In this document: in pieces, positions 59,752-64,000 of the stretch
Layout of the letters: each line of letters starts with the position of its first letter
Position numbering within the stretch: position 1 is the stretch's first letter
Assembly: GCA_950097015.1 (NCBI GenBank)
Contig: CATNEN010000038.1
Location: 10,664,001 to 10,728,000 of the forward strand
DNA from: Macrostomum hystrix
Taxonomy: Eukaryota > Animalia > Platyhelminthes
DNA: 64,000 nucleotides
Reading direction: 5' to 3'
Notes under the pieces: model-generated
Database searches by the model: none
Seen by the model: the letters and a program-made list of their open reading frames with translations, nothing else
What the model was told of the DNA's origin: nothing
Translations under genes and position numbers: made by a program

Positions 59752-61019
59752 ATGCAGATGTCAGAAATAATAGTCCAAGAGCTGCTTTGGTTGCTGCTAA
59801 TTGCAATAGGTGAGTTCTATGCCTGATTCTATTCCCGATTCTATGCCTGAATGAGACTATAGTTTAACTTTAGTTAACTCTAAACCAAGGTCCCTAAACT
59901 CGATTCCGCGGCGAGGCCACATTCATTTGGGGCGCAGCCGCGAAGAGAAGGCTTGGGAGCGTGTTGCGCAATTTACGTCCTTGAGGGCCAACCTCCAAGG
60001 AACAGTGTGAAGTGTACACTGCCAGACGATGAGAAAGTCAGGGCAGATGTACACATCTGTGTGAGCGTATGCCTGCGTACGGTATCTGTGCGCGTGTGAG
60101 CTCAGGAGTCAGCGAAATGGGCGGAATTGCCTCCTCGCTAGCTGCGGGTCTAGTGTCACCAAATGATGTGCCATTGCCCGCAGCCCTCTTGCAATTATCA
60201 TTAGTTATTATTATTAATTTATTACTATTATTAATATTATTTCATCATTCGCAGGGTCTCACGGACTCACAAGAGAAAAATGGAGCAAATGCGACTCAAA
60301 CCTGTGTCAGAACGGTGGCATCTGCAACAACATCACAGCCAGCCCGACCTGCATCTGCCCGCTGCCCTACATTGCTCCGCACTGCATAGTGGCCCTAGAC
60401 TACTGCAATTACATGCAGCCGGACAAGGGCATCAACGAGCTGCCGGTGTGTCTGAATGGCGGACTGTGCCGGGCGACTTACCAGGAGCCGTACTTCAACT
60501 GCTCCTGCGCCCCTCAATTTTCTGGTGCGAATAATGTCCCCGTTCACTTGGCCCAATAAGTTTTAGCGGATCCAAATTCGTTCGCTCTCCCCAAATACTT
60601 GGTGTCAGTTTAGTTGGACATAATCTAGCTTTGCAAAGCACAATTGGCCGACATTCGCTGCCCAATTACAGGCAGCCGATGTGAGTTCGCGCCGACAGCT
60701 GCTACCACTGGCCAAGTGACATCGAGCTTGAGTCGTGACGAAGGGATCTTTACGGTCACCCAGTTCTCATGTGAGGAATTCACTGCCCATGTTGGCAGGC
60801 AGCGTGTATTTGCGCATCATGTTAGTATATTTAATCGAGCTTCTTTTACCAGATCCAGGATACCACAGTGGTGAGCCCATCAGCTTCTTGGTCAAAGTCC
60901 TGGTCATTGGGACTCCATCCGCTGTGCTGGCTGTCGCAGTCATAGTAACCGCGATCTGTCTTTGCAATCGATGCCGCAATCGCCAGAGGAAGGAAGTCAA
61001 GGATGATTCAGACAGGTGA
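59752..61019 (+). CDS. Small single-pass membrane protein: signal peptide, two EGF-like domains, stalk, TM helix, short basic tail (about 197 aa)
   Basis: Exons 59752-59809 (MQMSEIIVQELLWLLLIAI), 60255-60524 (CDSNLCQNGGIC...CICPLPYIAPHC; C...CLNGGLC...FNCSCAPQFS), 60672-60770 (GSRCE...), 60853-61019 (VLVIGTPSAVLAVAVIVTAICLC, RCRNRQRK). All junctions are phase 1 GT-AG. AATAAA at 61108. Confidence 0.85.
59885..60240 (+). mobile_element. SINE family A copy in intron 1 of the EGF-TM gene
   Basis: GGTCCCTAAACTCGATTCCGCGGCGAGG head, the same body as the other copies and a degenerate (TTA)n tail. Confidence 0.8.
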
Positions 61020-61479
61020 TTTTGAGCCTTGAAAGTCTCTGCAGCTAAACCGGCCATTGTCCATTGACGGCTCTGGAGGCCATCGAAGATACTTATAAGG
61101 GATAAACAATAAACTCATTTATTGGACTGTGTCTGCTACGCTCGCATTGCGACACTGCGCAATGCTAATTTACATCACGATATTATTTTTTGTTCTTTCA
61201 ATGTTTTTATCCGCTTTGCGTAAGTGTGACTTGTTTTAATTTAGGTGTAACAAGACATTGCATTCATTTATTTTTGTCAGTCCGTACGTATAGTATATGT
61301 ATACAAGGAACGCAATACCTACTTCTTAAAAACGTAAATATTGTAATTACTGTCAGAAATCCCATTTAATTAATTGGCCCAATCCAGCTCAAATCGTGAG
61401 ACAGACGAGCCGTTCAAGCATGCTTGCGCACTATCGTCTCGGTTTAAGTCTGTACATAGTCAAGCCTGTTTAATTTATT

Positions 61480-64000
61480 CTGGGTCACTGGACTATGGAA
61501 TGGATGCTCAAAGCACAGTGTATTGGGTGACTGAGACTCTGGAATGGATGCTCAAAGCACAGTGTATTGGGTGACTGAGGCTCTGGAATGGATGCTCAAA
61601 GCACAGTGTATTGGGTGACTGAGACTCTGGAATGGATGCTCAAAGCACAGTGTATTGGGTGACTGAGGCTCTGGAATGGATGCTCAAAGCACAGTGTATT
61701 GGGTGACTGAGACTCTGGAATGGATGCTCAAAGCACAGTGTATTGGGTGACTGATGCTCTGGAATGGATGCTCAAAGCACAGTGTATTGGGTGATTGAGG
61801 CTCTGGAATGGATGCTCAAAGCACAGTGTATTGGGTGACTGAGACTCTGGAATGGATGCTCAAAGCACAGTGTATTGGGTGACTGAGGCTCTGGAATGGA
61901 TGTTCAAAGCACAGTGTATTGGGTGACTGAGACTCTGGAATGGATGCTCAAAGCACAGTGTATTGAGTGACTGGGGCTCTGGAATGGATGCTCAAAGCAC
62001 AGTGTATTGAGTGACTAAGGCTCTGGAATGGATGCTCAAAGCACAGTGTATTGGGTGACTGAGACTCTGGAATGGACGCTCAAAGCACAGTGTATTGGGT
62101 GACTGGGGATCTGGAATGGATGCTCAAAGCACAGTGTATTGAGTGACTGAGACTCTGGAATGGATGCTCAAAGCACAGTGTATTGGGTGACTGAGACTCT
62201 GGAATGGATGCTCAAAGCACAGTGTATTGGGTGACTGAGGCTCTGGAATGGATGCTCAAAGCACAGTGTATTGGGTGACTGAGACTCTGGAATGGATGCT
62301 CAAAGCACAGTGTATTGGGTGATTGAGGCTCTGGAATGGATGCTCAAAGCACAGTGTATTGGGTGACTGAGGCTCTGGAATGGATGCTCAAAGCACAGTG
62401 TATTGAGTGACTGAGACTCTGGAATGGATGTTCAAAGCACAGTGTATTGGTTGACTGAGACTCTGGAATGGATGTTCAAAGCACAGTGTATTGAGTGACT
62501 GAGACTCTGGAATGGATGCTCCAAAGCACAGTGTATTGGGTGATTGAGACTCTGGAATGGATGTTCAAAGCACAGTGTATTGAGTGATTGAGACTCTGGA
62601 ATGGATGCTCAAAGCACAGTGTATTGGGTGACTGAGACTCTGGAATGGATGCTCAAAGCACAGTGTATTGAGTGATTGAGACTCTGGAATGGATGCTCAA
62701 AGCACAGTGTATTGGGTGACTGAGACTCTGGAATGGATGCTCAAAGCACAGTGTATTGAGTGATTGAGACTCTGGAATGGATGCTCAAAGCACAGTGTAT
62801 TGGGTGACTGAGACTCTGGAATGGATGCTCAAAGCACAGTGTATTGGGTGATTGAGACTCTGGAATGGATGCTCAAAGCACAGTGTATTGGGTGACTGAG
62901 ACTCTGGAATGGATGCTCAAAGCACAGTGTATTGGGTGATTGAGACTCTGGAATGGATGCTCAAAGCACAGTGTATTGGGTGACTGAGACTCTGGAATGG
63001 ATGCTCAAAGCACAGTGTATTGGGTGACTGAGGCTCTGGAATGGATGCTCAAAGCACAGTGTATTGGGTGACTGAGGCTCTGGAATGGATGCTCAAAGCA
63101 CAGTATATTGGGTGACTGAGACTCTGGAATGGATGCTCAAAGCACAGTGTATTGGGTGACTGAGACTCTGGAATGGATGCTCAAAGCACAGTGTATTGGG
63201 TGACTGAGACTCTGGAATGGATGCTCAAAGCACAGTGTATTGGGTGACTGATGCTCTGGAATGGATGCTCAAAGCACAGTATATTGGGTGACTGAGACTC
63301 TGGAATGGATGCTCAAAGCACAGTGTATTGGGTGATTGAGGCTCTGGAATGGATGCTCAAAGCACAGTGTATTGGGTGACTGAGACTCTGGAATGGATGC
63401 TCAAAGCACAGTGTATTGGGTGACTGAGACTCTGGAATGGATGCTCAAAGCACAGTGTATTGGGTGACTGAGACTCTGGAATGGATGCTCAAAGCACAGT
63501 GTATTGGGTGACTGAGACTCTGGAATGGATGCTCAAAGCACAGTGTATTGGGTGACTGAGGCTCTGGAATGGATGCTCAAAGCACAGTGTATTGGGTGAC
63601 TGAGGCTCTGGAATGGATGCTCAAAGCACAGTGTATTGGGTGACTGAGACTCTGGAATGGATGCTCAAAGCACAGTGTATTGGGTGACTGAGACTCTGGA
63701 ATGGATGCTCAAAGCACAGTGTATTGGGTGACTGATGCTCTGGAATGGATGCTCAAAGCACAGTATATTGGGTGACTGAGACTCTGGAATGGATGCTCAA
63801 AGCACAGTGTATTGGGTGATTGAGGCTCTGGAATGGATGCTCAAAGCACAGTGTATTGGGTGACTGAGACTCTGGAATGGATGCTCAAAGCACAGTGTAT
63901 TGGGTGACTGAGACTCTGGAATGGATGCTCAAAGCACAGTGTATTGGGTGACTGAGACTCTGGAATGGATGCTCAAAGCACAGTGTATTGAGTGATTGAG
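61480..64000. repeat. 44-bp minisatellite (CTGGAATGGATGCTCAAAGCACAGTGTATTGGGTGACTGAGACT), runs off the window
   Basis: Period 44, about 57 copies within the window. Confidence 0.97.

Noticed and set aside
60069-60534. ORFs 60069-60389 and 60280-60534
   Set aside because: Wrong frames. The EGF exon 60255-60524 is in the third frame, and the start of the first ORF is SINE sequence.

Overview
Eukaryotic (invertebrate) genomic DNA with GC-rich spliceosomal exons embedded in about 30 different tandem arrays. The style is consistent with a free-living flatworm such as Macrostomum; this is an inference and was not tested. I could assemble four spliced genes with phase-consistent GT-AG junctions: (1) a minus-strand Deltex-family E3 ligase with the unusual architecture RRM-like / KH-like / macrodomain / atypical RING / Deltex C-terminal domain, whose 3' end runs off the window; (2) a plus-strand DEG/ENaC channel subunit lacking the HG motif; (3) a minus-strand HR96/NR1J nuclear receptor, with several candidate upstream mini-exons; (4) a small plus-strand two-EGF single-pass membrane protein that the ORF track misses. 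Mobile DNA comprises a frameshifted Crypton/DUF3504-type tyrosine recombinase, a Gypsy pol relic, two tRNA-derived SINE families, hAT-like MITEs carrying a minisatellite, a TIR element with a target-site duplication and a probable hAT transposase relic. Most long ORFs in the track are translations of tandem repeats. The two most notable observations are the macrodomain-Deltex fusion and the tendency of each intron to carry its own private minisatellite starting just downstream of the splice donor.
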